From Opitutaceae bacterium (GTDB lineage Bacteria; Verrucomicrobiota; Verrucomicrobiia; Opitutales; Coraliomargaritaceae): DNA of 64,000 bases. The position numbers were made by a program, and so were the translations under genes. The stretch spans positions 1-64,000 of the forward strand of contig JBPOFY010000012.1 in NCBI GenBank assembly GCA_051252375.1, read 5' to 3'. Shown here one piece after another: positions 44,896 through 55,511 of the stretch; position 1 is the stretch's first letter, and the number at the start of each line of letters is the position of its first letter. The notes beneath the pieces are model-generated. The model saw nothing but the letters and a program-made list of their open reading frames with translations. It was not told the origin of the DNA and searched no databases.

Positions 44896-46203
44896 ATGAT
44901 GTACATGAACATAACTAGTCGTCGAGTTACGGCTTCTATCTTTGCTTGTGCACTTGCTTTGATGGTAATTGCGCCGTCAAAAGCTCTGTCGCAGGTTGAT
45001 AAGACTCCCGATTTCGCGCCATTTTTGCTGGATAAGCGAGTGGAGCGTGAGGACTATAATTTTCGCCTCGGTCCCGTCCTTGTTGATGTGATCGGAACGT
45101 TTGGAATCGAATATAACGATAACATCAATACTTCGGAGGTGAATCCGATCAAAGATTTCATCCTGCAACCGGGGGTTTCCTTTGGCTTAAAGTGGCAGGT
45201 CAATGAAAGCAATGAATTGGACTTAAACCTAGGTCTTGAATACTGGCACTATCTTGACAACAGCGCGCTTAACAATGGCGCCAATCAGATCGGGATCACG
45301 CCCAATACCGAAGTTTCATTCCGAGTTTTGGTAGGTGATGTCATTTTTCGCGTCTATGACCGTATCCAGTATTCTTTCGATTCTGCGGATTCTGTATTTA
45401 TCGACAACCTGGGGAACGTCATTCAGCAAGATCCGACGGAATATACTCGTTTTCGTAATGTAGCGGGTATCCAGAGTGAATGGTTTATCGGAGAAACGGT
45501 ATTTAGCGGGCAATTGAGCCGTGAGGACATCTGGTCTACTGGCGATGAGTTCACTTATGTGGATCGTGGCGAGAATAAGATCGCGTTGAATGTAGAGCGT
45601 GCCTTGGCCGCGAATTTTACAATAGGTGGCGGTGCTTCCTATTCAGTCTTCGATTTTGAGGAAGATGTGAATAATGACGGTTCCGTGTTCACGATAGGTC
45701 CTTGGTTTGAGTGGAAAATTACTGAACTGGTTGGTTTGTTTGCAGGTATTGCCTACAATGATCGTGATTACGATCAAGGCGCGTTGACTGATTCTGCTGC
45801 TTTCTTTGGGGATGAGAGTCAATTTGATGACTACACCTGGATGGTTCGCCTGAGCCATGTGGCTAATGAGGTATTTAATCATCAATTGGAGTGGTATCGC
45901 TCGATCAGCACAAGTAACACTGCAAATGCGAATACATTGGATGGTATTCGCTACACAGTTGCTTACAATATAACACCTCGTGTGCGTATTGATGGGGCAA
46001 TTGGATATGAAGAAAACGAAAGTTCGGGTGGTCTTCTCAATGATGATTATGGTCGCTGGATTGGCGGTCTCTCCACCGAATTGATTTTGGGACCTCGTTT
46101 GACGGCAGATGTGGGTTATCGCTACATTGATAAGAAATCAGATGCGCTTTTCCAAAGTTATGAACAAAATCAGTTTCGCATTTTCTTTAAATACGACTTT
46201 TAA
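44896..46203 (+). CDS. Outer-membrane beta-barrel protein (polysaccharide-export associated)
   Basis: Signal peptide, EYNDNI, alternating strands, terminal YxF (FKYDF); first gene of the wza-wzc unit. Confidence 0.85.
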   Translation: MMYMNITSRRVTASIFACALALMVIAPSKALSQVDKTPDFAPFLLDKRVEREDYNFRLGPVLVDVIGTFGIEYNDNINTSEVNPIKDFILQPGVSFGLKWQVNESNELDLNLGLEYWHYLDNSALNNGANQIGITPNTEVSFRVLVGDVIFRVYDRIQYSFDSADSVFIDNLGNVIQQDPTEYTRFRNVAGIQSEWFIGETVFSGQLSREDIWSTGDEFTYVDRGENKIALNVERALAANFTIGGGASYSVFDFEEDVNNDGSVFTIGPWFEWKITELVGLFAGIAYNDRDYDQGALTDSAAFFGDESQFDDYTWMVRLSHVANEVFNHQLEWYRSISTSNTANANTLDGIRYTVAYNITPRVRIDGAIGYEENESSGGLLNDDYGRWIGGLSTELILGPRLTADVGYRYIDKKSDALFQSYEQNQFRIFFKYDF

Positions 46204-46220
46204 AGAGCTAATACGAAACT

Positions 46221-47162
46221 ATGACAGCGATTTTTCATAAATTTTCAACGGCCTTGCTTGTATGCTTGATGTGTGCGTCCAGCGTATGTGCACAAGTTGA
46301 GACGAGCGCAGTAGCCGCGAAATCGGTCGATTTAGCAGCTGCGCCTTCTCAAATGTCTTTGTTGGACGATGACTGGGAACTGCAGATCGGTGATCGTTTG
46401 ATATACGAAGTGCTAGAAGAGCGCGCTGAAGAGCCCCTTTTGCTTTCTATTAACGGAAATGGGGAACTGCTTTTACCGTTGGTCGGCTCGTTTCCTGCGG
46501 AAGGTAAAACCAGTAAAGAGCTGGCACATGAAATTAAAGTGAAGCTAGAGCAGGAGTTTTTTCATCGCGCGACCGTTGTGATCATGCAGCGAGAAGAAGA
46601 CCGCAATCGCGGTCGAGTGACTGTGATCGGCGAAGTGAAGCGTCAAGGAGAACAGTTGATACCTGTCGATTCGCCACTCACGCTGAGCCAAGCAATTATG
46701 CAGAGCGGTGGATTTACCCTCTATGCAGACCAAGGGAAAGTCAGCGTGGTGGGCGCCGGTCAGGATGAAGCGCGTATCGAAATCGATATAGGGACGATGC
46801 TTTCGCAAGGAAATCTTTCGCAAGACCCAGTCTTGCTGTCTGGAGATTCGGTTATAGTGCCTCGCGCAGACCAAGCCAACAGTCAGGTATATGTCCTCGG
46901 TGCAGTGAATTCTCCTGGATTATATTCAATTCTGGGCAGTAAGTTTACACTGAGCCAAGTAATTCTCATGGCCGATGGGTTTACCCGCTTTGCAAGAAAG
47001 ACGAAGGTTCGCTTAATTACTACCGACGAGTCTGGCGAGAAAAAGGAAATCGAAGTCAATGTTGGTAAGATTCTTGATGGTGGTGACCGAGCCGAAGACC
47101 CTGTGATTAAACCAGGTGATATGGTGATAGTGGAAGAGAAGATGATCAGCTTTAGTGGCTAG
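46221..47162 (+). CDS. Wza-like polysaccharide export protein (Poly_export + SLBB domains)
   Basis: LQIGDRL..LPLVG..AEGKT; VTVIGEVKRQG; VYVLGAVNSPG; IKPGDMVIV. Confidence 0.9.
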   Translation: MTAIFHKFSTALLVCLMCASSVCAQVETSAVAAKSVDLAAAPSQMSLLDDDWELQIGDRLIYEVLEERAEEPLLLSINGNGELLLPLVGSFPAEGKTSKELAHEIKVKLEQEFFHRATVVIMQREEDRNRGRVTVIGEVKRQGEQLIPVDSPLTLSQAIMQSGGFTLYADQGKVSVVGAGQDEARIEIDIGTMLSQGNLSQDPVLLSGDSVIVPRADQANSQVYVLGAVNSPGLYSILGSKFTLSQVILMADGFTRFARKTKVRLITTDESGEKKEIEVNVGKILDGGDRAEDPVIKPGDMVIVEEKMISFSG

Positions 47163-47200
47163 GCAGTGCTTGGGGCTGGTAGCAAGAATACGGAATTAAT

Positions 47201-49363
47201 ATGGACGACTTATTTCAAGAAGGGGGACAATCAAAGGTGACTGACTATACCGAGTTAGCGCATAAGATACTCTATCGAACTAAGATTGTGCTGAAGCGCT
47301 ATTGGTGGATTATTCCCACTGCGATTGCTGCAGGGATTGCGCTAAAGTCGATCCAAGCGTTTCTGCAAGATCCCAGTTACGTCTCAAAGTCTCAAATGAT
47401 CGTAAGTGGTCGGATCGCTTTACCTGAGAACGATGTCTATGCTGAAGAGCGTGATAATTTCGAAGGCACTCAAATTGAATTAATGGAGAGTCGGCAAGTT
47501 TCCGCACGTGCCGTCGAACGTCTAAAAATCACACACCCAGAATTACATGCGGCTATGACCGCTACAGAGGCTTATGCGAGCATCGGCATAGCGAGTCTAT
47601 CTATCGCTGCCGAAGTGAAACGCGACACTTCGATCTTTCGTCTCGAAGCAACTGCTCCTCATCAGGAATATGCACGAGTGTATTTGGATGCAGTGATGGA
47701 TGAGTATATAAATCGTCGCACTGAGATGCGCTCGAAGACTTCAGAAAAGACCTATGACGCTATCACCAGGCAATTAGCAGATTTGGTAAAAGAAATTGAT
47801 AGCGGTGAAGATGCGATTGTTCATTTTCAAGAGCAGAACAATATCGTGTTCATCCAGGAGCAAGGTTCATCCGCTGGAGCGTATCTTTCGGAATTAAAGC
47901 GTCGTTTAGCAGAGTTAAACACTGAGAGCCGCACTTTGGCTTCATTGGGTAGTAATGCGGATTCAGTCGATGAAGATTTGCTCGCTGAGCATATACAAGG
48001 TACGGCGACGGCATCTACAGCAGACGTCGATGTGGTTGGGACGGCTGAAGATAATGAGAAGTTCTTATTTAGTAAGAATCAGTTGGAACTGTTGGAAGCA
48101 GATTTAGAGGAGTTCTCGATCTATTTGAAGCCGAAGCACCCTAAAATTATCAATTTGAAGAATCAAATCGAACGGACCGAGAATCAATTAAAGATACAGC
48201 GGCGTCAGGCGATGGAGCGTATTCGCGAGCGTGCTGTAGTCCTCGAGAGTAAAATCAAGAATTTGAATCAAGAAATTGAGATTTGGGAGCAAAGTGCGTT
48301 GGAAAATGGAACGCTGATTGCCGAGTTCGAGCGCTTACAATCACGCTTAGCTCGTTCCAAAGCTGCCTATGAGCGTAATCAAGATGCCTTGCGTGCGATC
48401 GATACCGACAAGAACTTAAGCCAAGAAACAGTATCTGTTTTGGAAGATGCATTACTCGCAAAGCCTGCGGGTAAGCGTATGCTGGTTCGTTTTGCTCAAG
48501 GCGGTGCATACGGATTAATTCTAGCCTGTGGTATTCTTTTTCTACTGGGGTCTTTAGACAATCGCATCCTGACCGCGAGTGAGCTGAGTGCCACATTTAG
48601 TGAGCCGCTGATTGGGGCCATCCCATTTGAGAAAATGAAGCCGGGCGAAGAGGCCTCTGTGCTCTTGCGCAAGAATGATGACCGCTATGTCTTTGCGGAG
48701 GCGTGTCGCAATATGCGCACCTCAGTCTTCTTCCTTGGCGACAATGAAGTGAAACCAAGTGTCTTTGCGATCACTAGTGCGATCCCGTCTGAGGGTAAGT
48801 CCACCGTTTCAGCCAATCTTGCTGTAGCCTTGTCCTTTTCTCATTCGAAGGTGCTTTTGATTGATGCGGATTTACGTCGCGGTCGCCTGCATCACCTATT
48901 TAAGGCAAGACGCGATAAAGGGCTCTCTGACATTCTCGAAGGTAAGATGTCGTTGGATGAGGCGATTCAAAACACTAGTTATGATCACCTCGATTTTATT
49001 TCGATTGGTCATTATCCGGATCATCCTGGTGAACTACTACTGAGTGATCGGATCGATACGATTATCGCGGAAGCTCGCGAACGGTATGATTTCGTTATTT
49101 TCGACACGGCCCCGATACTAGCGACCGATGATACCACCAGTTTTGCTGGCAAGATGGATTCTGTGCTTTTTACCATTCGGTGTGCACACACACAGGTGCG
49201 TCAGGTAAAGCCAGCAATGGCGCGCTTGCGGGAACGGCAAATCAATATTACTGGTTTGATTCTCAATTATGTCGATGTCTCCCAACCTGGTTATTATTAT
49301 TACCGCTATTCTGAGTATTACACGGATCCTAAGCGTAACGAAGAGAGCGCGACGAGTGCTTAG
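47201..49363 (+). CDS. Wzc-like polysaccharide co-polymerase / tyrosine autokinase
   Basis: Two TMs, coiled coils, TSAIPSEGKS, LIDADLR, IFDTAP, Tyr cluster GYYYYRYSEYY. Confidence 0.93.
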   Translation: MDDLFQEGGQSKVTDYTELAHKILYRTKIVLKRYWWIIPTAIAAGIALKSIQAFLQDPSYVSKSQMIVSGRIALPENDVYAEERDNFEGTQIELMESRQVSARAVERLKITHPELHAAMTATEAYASIGIASLSIAAEVKRDTSIFRLEATAPHQEYARVYLDAVMDEYINRRTEMRSKTSEKTYDAITRQLADLVKEIDSGEDAIVHFQEQNNIVFIQEQGSSAGAYLSELKRRLAELNTESRTLASLGSNADSVDEDLLAEHIQGTATASTADVDVVGTAEDNEKFLFSKNQLELLEADLEEFSIYLKPKHPKIINLKNQIERTENQLKIQRRQAMERIRERAVVLESKIKNLNQEIEIWEQSALENGTLIAEFERLQSRLARSKAAYERNQDALRAIDTDKNLSQETVSVLEDALLAKPAGKRMLVRFAQGGAYGLILACGILFLLGSLDNRILTASELSATFSEPLIGAIPFEKMKPGEEASVLLRKNDDRYVFAEACRNMRTSVFFLGDNEVKPSVFAITSAIPSEGKSTVSANLAVALSFSHSKVLLIDADLRRGRLHHLFKARRDKGLSDILEGKMSLDEAIQNTSYDHLDFISIGHYPDHPGELLLSDRIDTIIAEARERYDFVIFDTAPILATDDTTSFAGKMDSVLFTIRCAHTQVRQVKPAMARLRERQINITGLILNYVDVSQPGYYYYRYSEYYTDPKRNEESATSA

Positions 49364-49387
49364 CGCCTAAGTACAAGTATCGTTATT

Positions 49388-51913
49388 ATGAATTTTGGCT
49401 TTGGTAAGCGTCGTCGTCGGACATCTAGTTCAAGCAGCAGTCGCAAGCGCTCGAAGAGTTCTTCGAGGAAATCGAAGTCCAGCGGCAGAGTTAGCCGTTC
49501 GAGCTCGAAGAGCTCATCGATTACGGCCACACCATTGCCTTCTCGGGCGGCTGTGCGTTTCCCTGAGCCTAAGTTTGGTGCAGTAGTATGGTATGGTTAC
49601 CTGTTTGGGCTGCTGGGAGTGTGTTTGTTGATTTTATTGGGTGGTAGTCATCATCCATTTACACTTGGTTTTGCGTTAATACTGCCTGCCGTGACTTTAC
49701 TCATCAGTCCGCCCAAGGTAAGTCTTGGCAAGTGGATTGATATCGGCGTGGTTGGCTTGTTGGGCAGTATGCTGTTGGCTTTTGTGCCTCAGTTTTACTG
49801 GCCGAAAATGGATTGGCGACGAGTAGCAGAAGTCGATATGGGTATTGATTTGCCCTCGGTATTGAGTGTGCAGCCGCTTTTGAGCATGGAGGCTTGGTTT
49901 ATGGCTTTGGCTGGCTTTGCTTGGTTTTATGCGGCCTCGAATTGGCGGATCAATGCACCGGGGCGGAAGCATTTTCACGTTGCATTGTCCTTGGTGAGTC
50001 TCGGATTTGCCGCTGTGGTGATTTGGGGGAATTTTTACGGCATCCGATACCCGGGGGCGGAAGACTCTCAGGTCTTTAGTTTTTTCCCAAACCGCAATCA
50101 AACCGCTAATTTTTTAGCGCTAGCAGGTGTGGTGAGTTTTGCATTTTCAATCGAGGGCTTGAAGGTACGTAAGCTGATTTACTTGGTAGGCGTGTTGGCT
50201 AGTGTGACCTGCTTAGCGGCTTTGACTTTATGCGCCTGCCGAGCGGGTGTATTGCTTTATTTCTTTGGTATAGGACTTTGGTTTATCTGCCGCCTTCGTG
50301 CGCGCTCGATTCCTTCTATATTTAAGATTGGTTTTCCGCTGTTACTGCTCGCATTCAGTTTTGTCATTTCGAGTAACAATAAAGCTGTTGAACGGATTGT
50401 GGAATTTGTGAGTGCGCCCATGGCTTGGGGTGATGAGTCGCGTGCGGCTATTTTCAATGATGCGTTTGATATGATCAGCGAGGCGCCTGTTGCCGGAGTT
50501 GGACTGGGGAATTTCTCGGCGGTTTTTCCTCAGTATCGGGACGATTCTCGGAGTTTTCAGGTAGCGTTACACCCTGAGAGCGATCTGTTGTGGTTTTTAG
50601 CCGAAGTTGGCTTTCTTGGTTTGGCGTTTTTGATAGTTTTCGTTTGGGGCTTTCGGGTGAGTATACGCGATTTCACCCTTGGTAGAGGGGGGCCGTATCG
50701 AGTGATTGCGATGATCGCGGTGGTGATCTTTGTTTTACATAGTTTGGTGGACGTGCCTGCTCACCGCCCAGGCACCGTGTATTTTGCGATATTATTTGCT
50801 GCTTTGGCGATGCCACGAATCGAGGAGCAGAAGCCGACTATGCGGCCGATTTATTGGCGTTTGATTGGGCTATGCCTAGCGCTGGTCGGTTGCTTGTGGA
50901 TGCTGTCTGGGGTCACAGGAGCGCCATTTCATTCAAAAACGGCGGTTCCTGTGCATGAAAGAAGAGCTGCTGACGAAAGTGGAACCGGAGATTATGCAGC
51001 AGCGATTCAAAGTATTGAGAAGGTTTTAAAATGGAGACCGATGGATTGGCGTGGGTATTTCCAGCGGGCGCAGTTGACACTCTCGTTGAGTGGGCATCGC
51101 GGCGACGCTGCAGCCGATTTTCGCCGCGCACGCTATCTTGAGCCGGTTTTAGGTGACTTGAGTCTACGTGAAGGTTATGTGTGGCTGCCTTATGATGTCG
51201 GTCGAGCCGTATCCGCTTGGCATAAAACCTTGTTCCGAGAATTGGAGGACAAGGATAAGGCTTATCAGTTAATGTTGGAGGCGGGACGAAAGGATCCAAA
51301 GCTGATGGAGGCGATGATCATAATGTCTAAGGTTGATCATCACTATAGAACGATGATGTTGTGTTCGTTGTCTGAGCCGTTGTTGATGCCTGAGATATAT
51401 GCGGATTTAGAAGATAATCCGTCCTTAGGGCAGTTTGATCTAAAGCAACGTACGCGTATTCTATCACGTTGGATCAGGAAGGGTGATGTCGATGCGGCAG
51501 AAGCTTATTTAGATACTCACGGCAAAGGTTTTAAAGATGCTTGGTTGCTTTGGTCTTTATTGCGTAAAGAACAGGCCAAATTTCCTGAAGCGGTGGCATA
51601 TATTCGAGAAAATGTCGATGCGGCTAAAATACCTTTCGTTAAGGTGGATGATCGATCCTTGGCACGTCTGTCACGAGAGTTCGCGGTCATGCCTGAGGAT
51701 ATTGTTAAGGGGACAGCGTTACTACGTGCCTATATTGAGCAAGGCGAGTTGATGAAGGCGCTGACGGTGACCGATGCCATCTTGAAGACACGCAATCCGC
51801 CTGCTTACGTGTATTATTGGCGTGCAGAGATCTTTTATCTAATGAATGATTTGATAGAGAGTTGGTATGCTTATAATGATTACCTACGTCTGGTTCGTGA
51901 TGATATAGAATGA
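49388..51913 (+). CDS. O-antigen ligase/Wzy_C family membrane protein with C-terminal TPR-like region
   Basis: FPNRNQTA, CRAG, GVGLGNF..FPQY, HPESD, HSLVDVP; many TMs. Confidence 0.85.
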   Translation: MNFGFGKRRRRTSSSSSSRKRSKSSSRKSKSSGRVSRSSSKSSSITATPLPSRAAVRFPEPKFGAVVWYGYLFGLLGVCLLILLGGSHHPFTLGFALILPAVTLLISPPKVSLGKWIDIGVVGLLGSMLLAFVPQFYWPKMDWRRVAEVDMGIDLPSVLSVQPLLSMEAWFMALAGFAWFYAASNWRINAPGRKHFHVALSLVSLGFAAVVIWGNFYGIRYPGAEDSQVFSFFPNRNQTANFLALAGVVSFAFSIEGLKVRKLIYLVGVLASVTCLAALTLCACRAGVLLYFFGIGLWFICRLRARSIPSIFKIGFPLLLLAFSFVISSNNKAVERIVEFVSAPMAWGDESRAAIFNDAFDMISEAPVAGVGLGNFSAVFPQYRDDSRSFQVALHPESDLLWFLAEVGFLGLAFLIVFVWGFRVSIRDFTLGRGGPYRVIAMIAVVIFVLHSLVDVPAHRPGTVYFAILFAALAMPRIEEQKPTMRPIYWRLIGLCLALVGCLWMLSGVTGAPFHSKTAVPVHERRAADESGTGDYAAAIQSIEKVLKWRPMDWRGYFQRAQLTLSLSGHRGDAAADFRRARYLEPVLGDLSLREGYVWLPYDVGRAVSAWHKTLFRELEDKDKAYQLMLEAGRKDPKLMEAMIIMSKVDHHYRTMMLCSLSEPLLMPEIYADLEDNPSLGQFDLKQRTRILSRWIRKGDVDAAEAYLDTHGKGFKDAWLLWSLLRKEQAKFPEAVAYIRENVDAAKIPFVKVDDRSLARLSREFAVMPEDIVKGTALLRAYIEQGELMKALTVTDAILKTRNPPAYVYYWRAEIFYLMNDLIESWYAYNDYLRLVRDDIE

Positions 51914-51914
51914 C

Positions 51915-52484
51915 ATGAAAATTTTAATAGCCGAAGATGATCGAATTTCGCGTAAGTTGTTGGCGACGACACTCAAGCAATTTGGGCACGAGGTCGCCAT
52001 ATTTGAGAATGGCACGGACGCATGGGAAGCCTTTGACGCGGCACCAGTCCGGGTGATCGTCAGTGACTGGTTGATGCCGGGCATGGATGGCTTGGACTTT
52101 TGTCGCAAGGTGCGTACGCGTAAATCTACGGAGTATACTTACTTTATTTTGCTTACGGCGAACGTGCAGGGCAAAGACACCTACATGGAGGCGATGAATG
52201 CCGGGATTGACGACTTTCTAGCAAAGCCGCTGGATCGTGATCAGATTTGGATGCGCCTTAAAGTGGCCGAACGTATCTTACATTATGCCACTGCTATCAA
52301 GCAGTTGGAAAGCATGCTCCCGATTTGCTCATATTGTAAAAAAGTGCGCGATGATAATAACTACTGGCAGCAGGTAGAGACATACATTTCGAACCACACC
52401 GGGACCAGCTTTAGCCATAGTATCTGCCCGACTTGCTATACTAAGCAGGTGAAGCCGGAAATGGATGGTCTGCGCAAAGGTTAA
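51915..52484 (+). CDS. Response regulator with C-terminal Cys/His domain
   Basis: ILIAEDD, SDWLMPGMDG, LTA, KP; LPICSYCKK...SHSICPTC. Confidence 0.92.
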   Translation: MKILIAEDDRISRKLLATTLKQFGHEVAIFENGTDAWEAFDAAPVRVIVSDWLMPGMDGLDFCRKVRTRKSTEYTYFILLTANVQGKDTYMEAMNAGIDDFLAKPLDRDQIWMRLKVAERILHYATAIKQLESMLPICSYCKKVRDDNNYWQQVETYISNHTGTSFSHSICPTCYTKQVKPEMDGLRKG

Positions 52485-52492
52485 TGCCCCAA

Positions 52493-52765
52493 TTATCGGC
52501 TTAACATTGCGATCGCGTTGAGACTTTCGTAAACCAGCCAGCAGAGCCCCGATAGCATCGCTACAGCAAAGAGAAATTGAAGCCCTCGCCTGCGTTTATT
52601 CGGTAGGTCGAAGCGGTCAAAGGTTCTGCCCCGAACTGAAGTTTGATTCAGGTAACTGCCCAATGTGATGCGATTGTTGCCGACAATGCCACCCGCCTTG
52701 GGGAGCTTGAAGGAACCGGCTCTTTGTGCGCGTTGATAGCGCCATTTGTAGAAAAGCTTTAGCAT
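52493..52765 (-). CDS. Small hypothetical membrane protein
   Basis: 90-aa basic ORF with C-terminal TM, fills the gap between genes. Confidence 0.55.
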   Translation of the reverse strand: MLKLFYKWRYQRAQRAGSFKLPKAGGIVGNNRITLGSYLNQTSVRGRTFDRFDLPNKRRRGLQFLFAVAMLSGLCWLVYESLNAIAMLSR

Positions 52766-52873
52766 GGAATCGAGAGACTTCGATGTTTGAATCAAGACTA
52801 AGAGTTGTCAAAACCGCGAAGGTCTCACAGATTCATTCCATCTATTTCATTTTTCAATTCTAATTCACTAATT

Positions 52874-53650
52874 GTGAGAATAACTACACAAACAATTTCC
52901 CGGTTAAAAGGTGAGCGTCCAATTGTCGCTGTCACTGCCTACGATGCTGTCATGGCTGGCTATGCGGATGCAGCAGGGGTCGACCTTATCCTAGTCGGTG
53001 ACTCGGTCGGCACGACGCAGTTGGGCTACGACAGCACGGTGCCTGTGACGCTGGACATGATGGTGCATCACACCGCAGCAGTGGCGCGGGCTAAGCCCAA
53101 AGCCTTAGTCGTGGCTGATATTCCTTTTGCGATCGCTCACGATGATTTTTCGGCGCTATTGAGTGCCTGTCGTCGCCTTATGCAAGAGGCTGGGGCGGAG
53201 GCGGTTAAAATTGAGGGAGATGCTTCGATGGCACCTACCATTGCGCGCCTAACCAAAGCGGGGATTCCCGTGTGGGGGCACATTGGGCTCCTGCCGCAGA
53301 ATTTCCATCAGCTCGGCGGTTATCGCAAGTTTGGGCGTAACCAAGCAGAGAAGTCGTCCTTGTTGGCTGATGCACTGGCCTTCCAGGAGGCAAATTGCTT
53401 TGCGGTCTTGTGTGAGATGGTGAATCCAAAAGTAACTGCGGCGATTACCGAGGAGCTGAAAGTGCCTTTAATTGGGATCGGCAGCGGAGTTGACTGTGAT
53501 GGGCAAATTCTGGTCAGTAATGACATGCTTGGTTTAAACAGTGGTTACATCCCGTCCTTTGTGAAGCAATACGCCAAACTCGGAGATCAGGCACGCAAGG
53601 CGTTTGCTGCTTACGCCGACGATGTGCGCAACCGAAAGTTCCCATCATGA
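52874..53650 (+). CDS. panB: 3-methyl-2-oxobutanoate hydroxymethyltransferase
   Basis: [38 protein letters not shown] start 52874. Confidence 0.96.
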   Translation: MRITTQTISRLKGERPIVAVTAYDAVMAGYADAAGVDLILVGDSVGTTQLGYDSTVPVTLDMMVHHTAAVARAKPKALVVADIPFAIAHDDFSALLSACRRLMQEAGAEAVKIEGDASMAPTIARLTKAGIPVWGHIGLLPQNFHQLGGYRKFGRNQAEKSSLLADALAFQEANCFAVLCEMVNPKVTAAITEELKVPLIGIGSGVDCDGQILVSNDMLGLNSGYIPSFVKQYAKLGDQARKAFAAYADDVRNRKFPS

Positions 53651-54645
53651 ACTGTTGTATTCTTGGAGCCGGTGCCTGGGGCACTGCCATGGCCCTTCAT
53701 TTAGACCGCTGCGGTCATTCTGTCACATTGGTCCCTCGACGTATGGAGCATGCGCTCGCGATTGCCTCCTCGCGCGAGAATGTCGATTATCTGCCCGGTT
53801 ATAAGCTGCCGCATCGCATTCAAGTCGGTTGCGAAGTTGCACCGGTGCTGATGGAAGCCGAGGTCGTGTTTCTCGCCTGTCCGTCGAAGGCATTGCGAGC
53901 GCTCTGCGAGAGCTTGCGCGAAGGTGTGGCCCAGGCATGGCAATTGAAGTTATTTGTCATCATGTGCAAAGGGCTTGAATTGGAGACTTTCAAAACACCG
54001 GCTGAGATTGTGAATGAGATATTTCCTGAGGTCGCATGCGGCGTTTTGTCCGGCCCGACTTTCGCAGGTGAGGTCGCTGCAGGTAAGCCTACAGCTGCCG
54101 CGTTGGCGGTGGATGCAGGATTTGCGGAAGCCGAGCGCTATCAACAGGCGATTAGCAGTGCGTCATTTCGCGCATATTTATCACGCGACGTGCGAGGCAC
54201 TGAACTCGGTGGCACATTAAAAAATATCTACGCGATCGCTTCCGGTCTTTGTGACGGATTACAGCTTGGGGATAACGCGAAGGCAGCCTTATTGACCCGT
54301 AGCATGAATGAAATGATTCGCTTGGGTGAACTATTGGGAGGTCAGTCCGAGACGTTTTACGGCCTAAGTGGCTTTGGTGATCTGGTGGCGACTTGTTCGG
54401 GTAGTTGGAGCCGTAACCGCACCTTTGGTGAGCGGGTAGGCAAAGGGGAAGCACCCGCCGAAGTGGTCGCGAACCAGAAGAGTGTAGTGGAAGGCTATCG
54501 AGCGACTGAGTGCATGAAACGGCTTTGCGAAGAAAAAGCTGTGGATGCTCCGATTCTATCGCAAATCTATGCGATTCTCTATGAAAGCAAAGTGCCACTA
54601 GAGGCTTTGCAGTCGCTTATGAGCCGCGACCTGCGAAGTGAGTGA
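53647..54645 (+). CDS. gpsA: Glycerol-3-phosphate dehydrogenase NAD(P)+
   Basis: [36 protein letters not shown]. Confidence 0.96.
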   Translation: MNCCILGAGAWGTAMALHLDRCGHSVTLVPRRMEHALAIASSRENVDYLPGYKLPHRIQVGCEVAPVLMEAEVVFLACPSKALRALCESLREGVAQAWQLKLFVIMCKGLELETFKTPAEIVNEIFPEVACGVLSGPTFAGEVAAGKPTAAALAVDAGFAEAERYQQAISSASFRAYLSRDVRGTELGGTLKNIYAIASGLCDGLQLGDNAKAALLTRSMNEMIRLGELLGGQSETFYGLSGFGDLVATCSGSWSRNRTFGERVGKGEAPAEVVANQKSVVEGYRATECMKRLCEEKAVDAPILSQIYAILYESKVPLEALQSLMSRDLRSE

Positions 54646-54663
54646 TTTTTTTAACTAAACATT

Positions 54664-55506
54664 ATGTCTGACCTTCTAAAAGTATCTGATCTCCGTATCG
54701 CGTTTCATTCACGCGGTGAGTCGAATGAAGTCGTTAAAGGCATTAACTTTTCAATTGCTGAAGGCGGCAAAACCGTGGCGATACTTGGTGAAAGTGGCAG
54801 TGGCAAGAGTGTGACCTGCCTATCGTTGACTCGACTGTTGCCCGAGCCACCGACTTGCACGGTTGAAGGGAAGATCGAATTTGAAGGGAAGGACATTCTT
54901 TCGATGGATGCCAAAGCCATACGTGGAGTCCGCGGTAATGGCATTGCTTATGTCTTTCAAGAGGCCTCGGCTTCTTTGAACCCAGTTTTCACAGTTGGGT
55001 ATCAAATAGCTGAAGCTGTGCGCTTGCATCGCCCGGATATCGAAGATGTGAAGGGACGTGTGGTTGAGTTGCTTGAGCTGGTCGGTATTCGCGATGCGGC
55101 AAAGCGTTATAAAGCATATCCGCATGAGATGAGTGGCGGCATGCAGCAACGCGTCATGATTGCCATGGCACTGGCCTGTGAGCCCAAGCTTCTCGTTGCA
55201 GACGAGCCAACTACCGCCCTCGACGTCACGATCCAAGCACAGATCATGGATCTGCTCCGCGATTTACGCGAACGCCTTGGTATGAGTATCGCACTGATCA
55301 CTCATAATTTTGGCATTGTTAAAGGTTTCGCCGATGAAGTCATTGTCATGTATCGCGGAGAAATCGTCGAGCAAGGTCCGGTTGAGGAGGTTTTGAATAA
55401 TCCTCAGCACCCCTATACGAAAGCACTCATCGCCTGTATTCCAAAGTTGGGTGTGAAACAGCGCCGCTTGACTACGATCGAGAAAGAAATGGCTGCGGTG
55501 GAATGA
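54664..55506 (+). CDS. Peptide/nickel ABC transporter ATP-binding protein (OppD/DppD-like)
   Basis: GESGSGKS, YPHEMSGGMQQR, ADEPTTALDVT, HPYT. Confidence 0.93.
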   Translation: MSDLLKVSDLRIAFHSRGESNEVVKGINFSIAEGGKTVAILGESGSGKSVTCLSLTRLLPEPPTCTVEGKIEFEGKDILSMDAKAIRGVRGNGIAYVFQEASASLNPVFTVGYQIAEAVRLHRPDIEDVKGRVVELLELVGIRDAAKRYKAYPHEMSGGMQQRVMIAMALACEPKLLVADEPTTALDVTIQAQIMDLLRDLRERLGMSIALITHNFGIVKGFADEVIVMYRGEIVEQGPVEEVLNNPQHPYTKALIACIPKLGVKQRRLTTIEKEMAAVE

Positions 55507-55511
55507 ATTGA

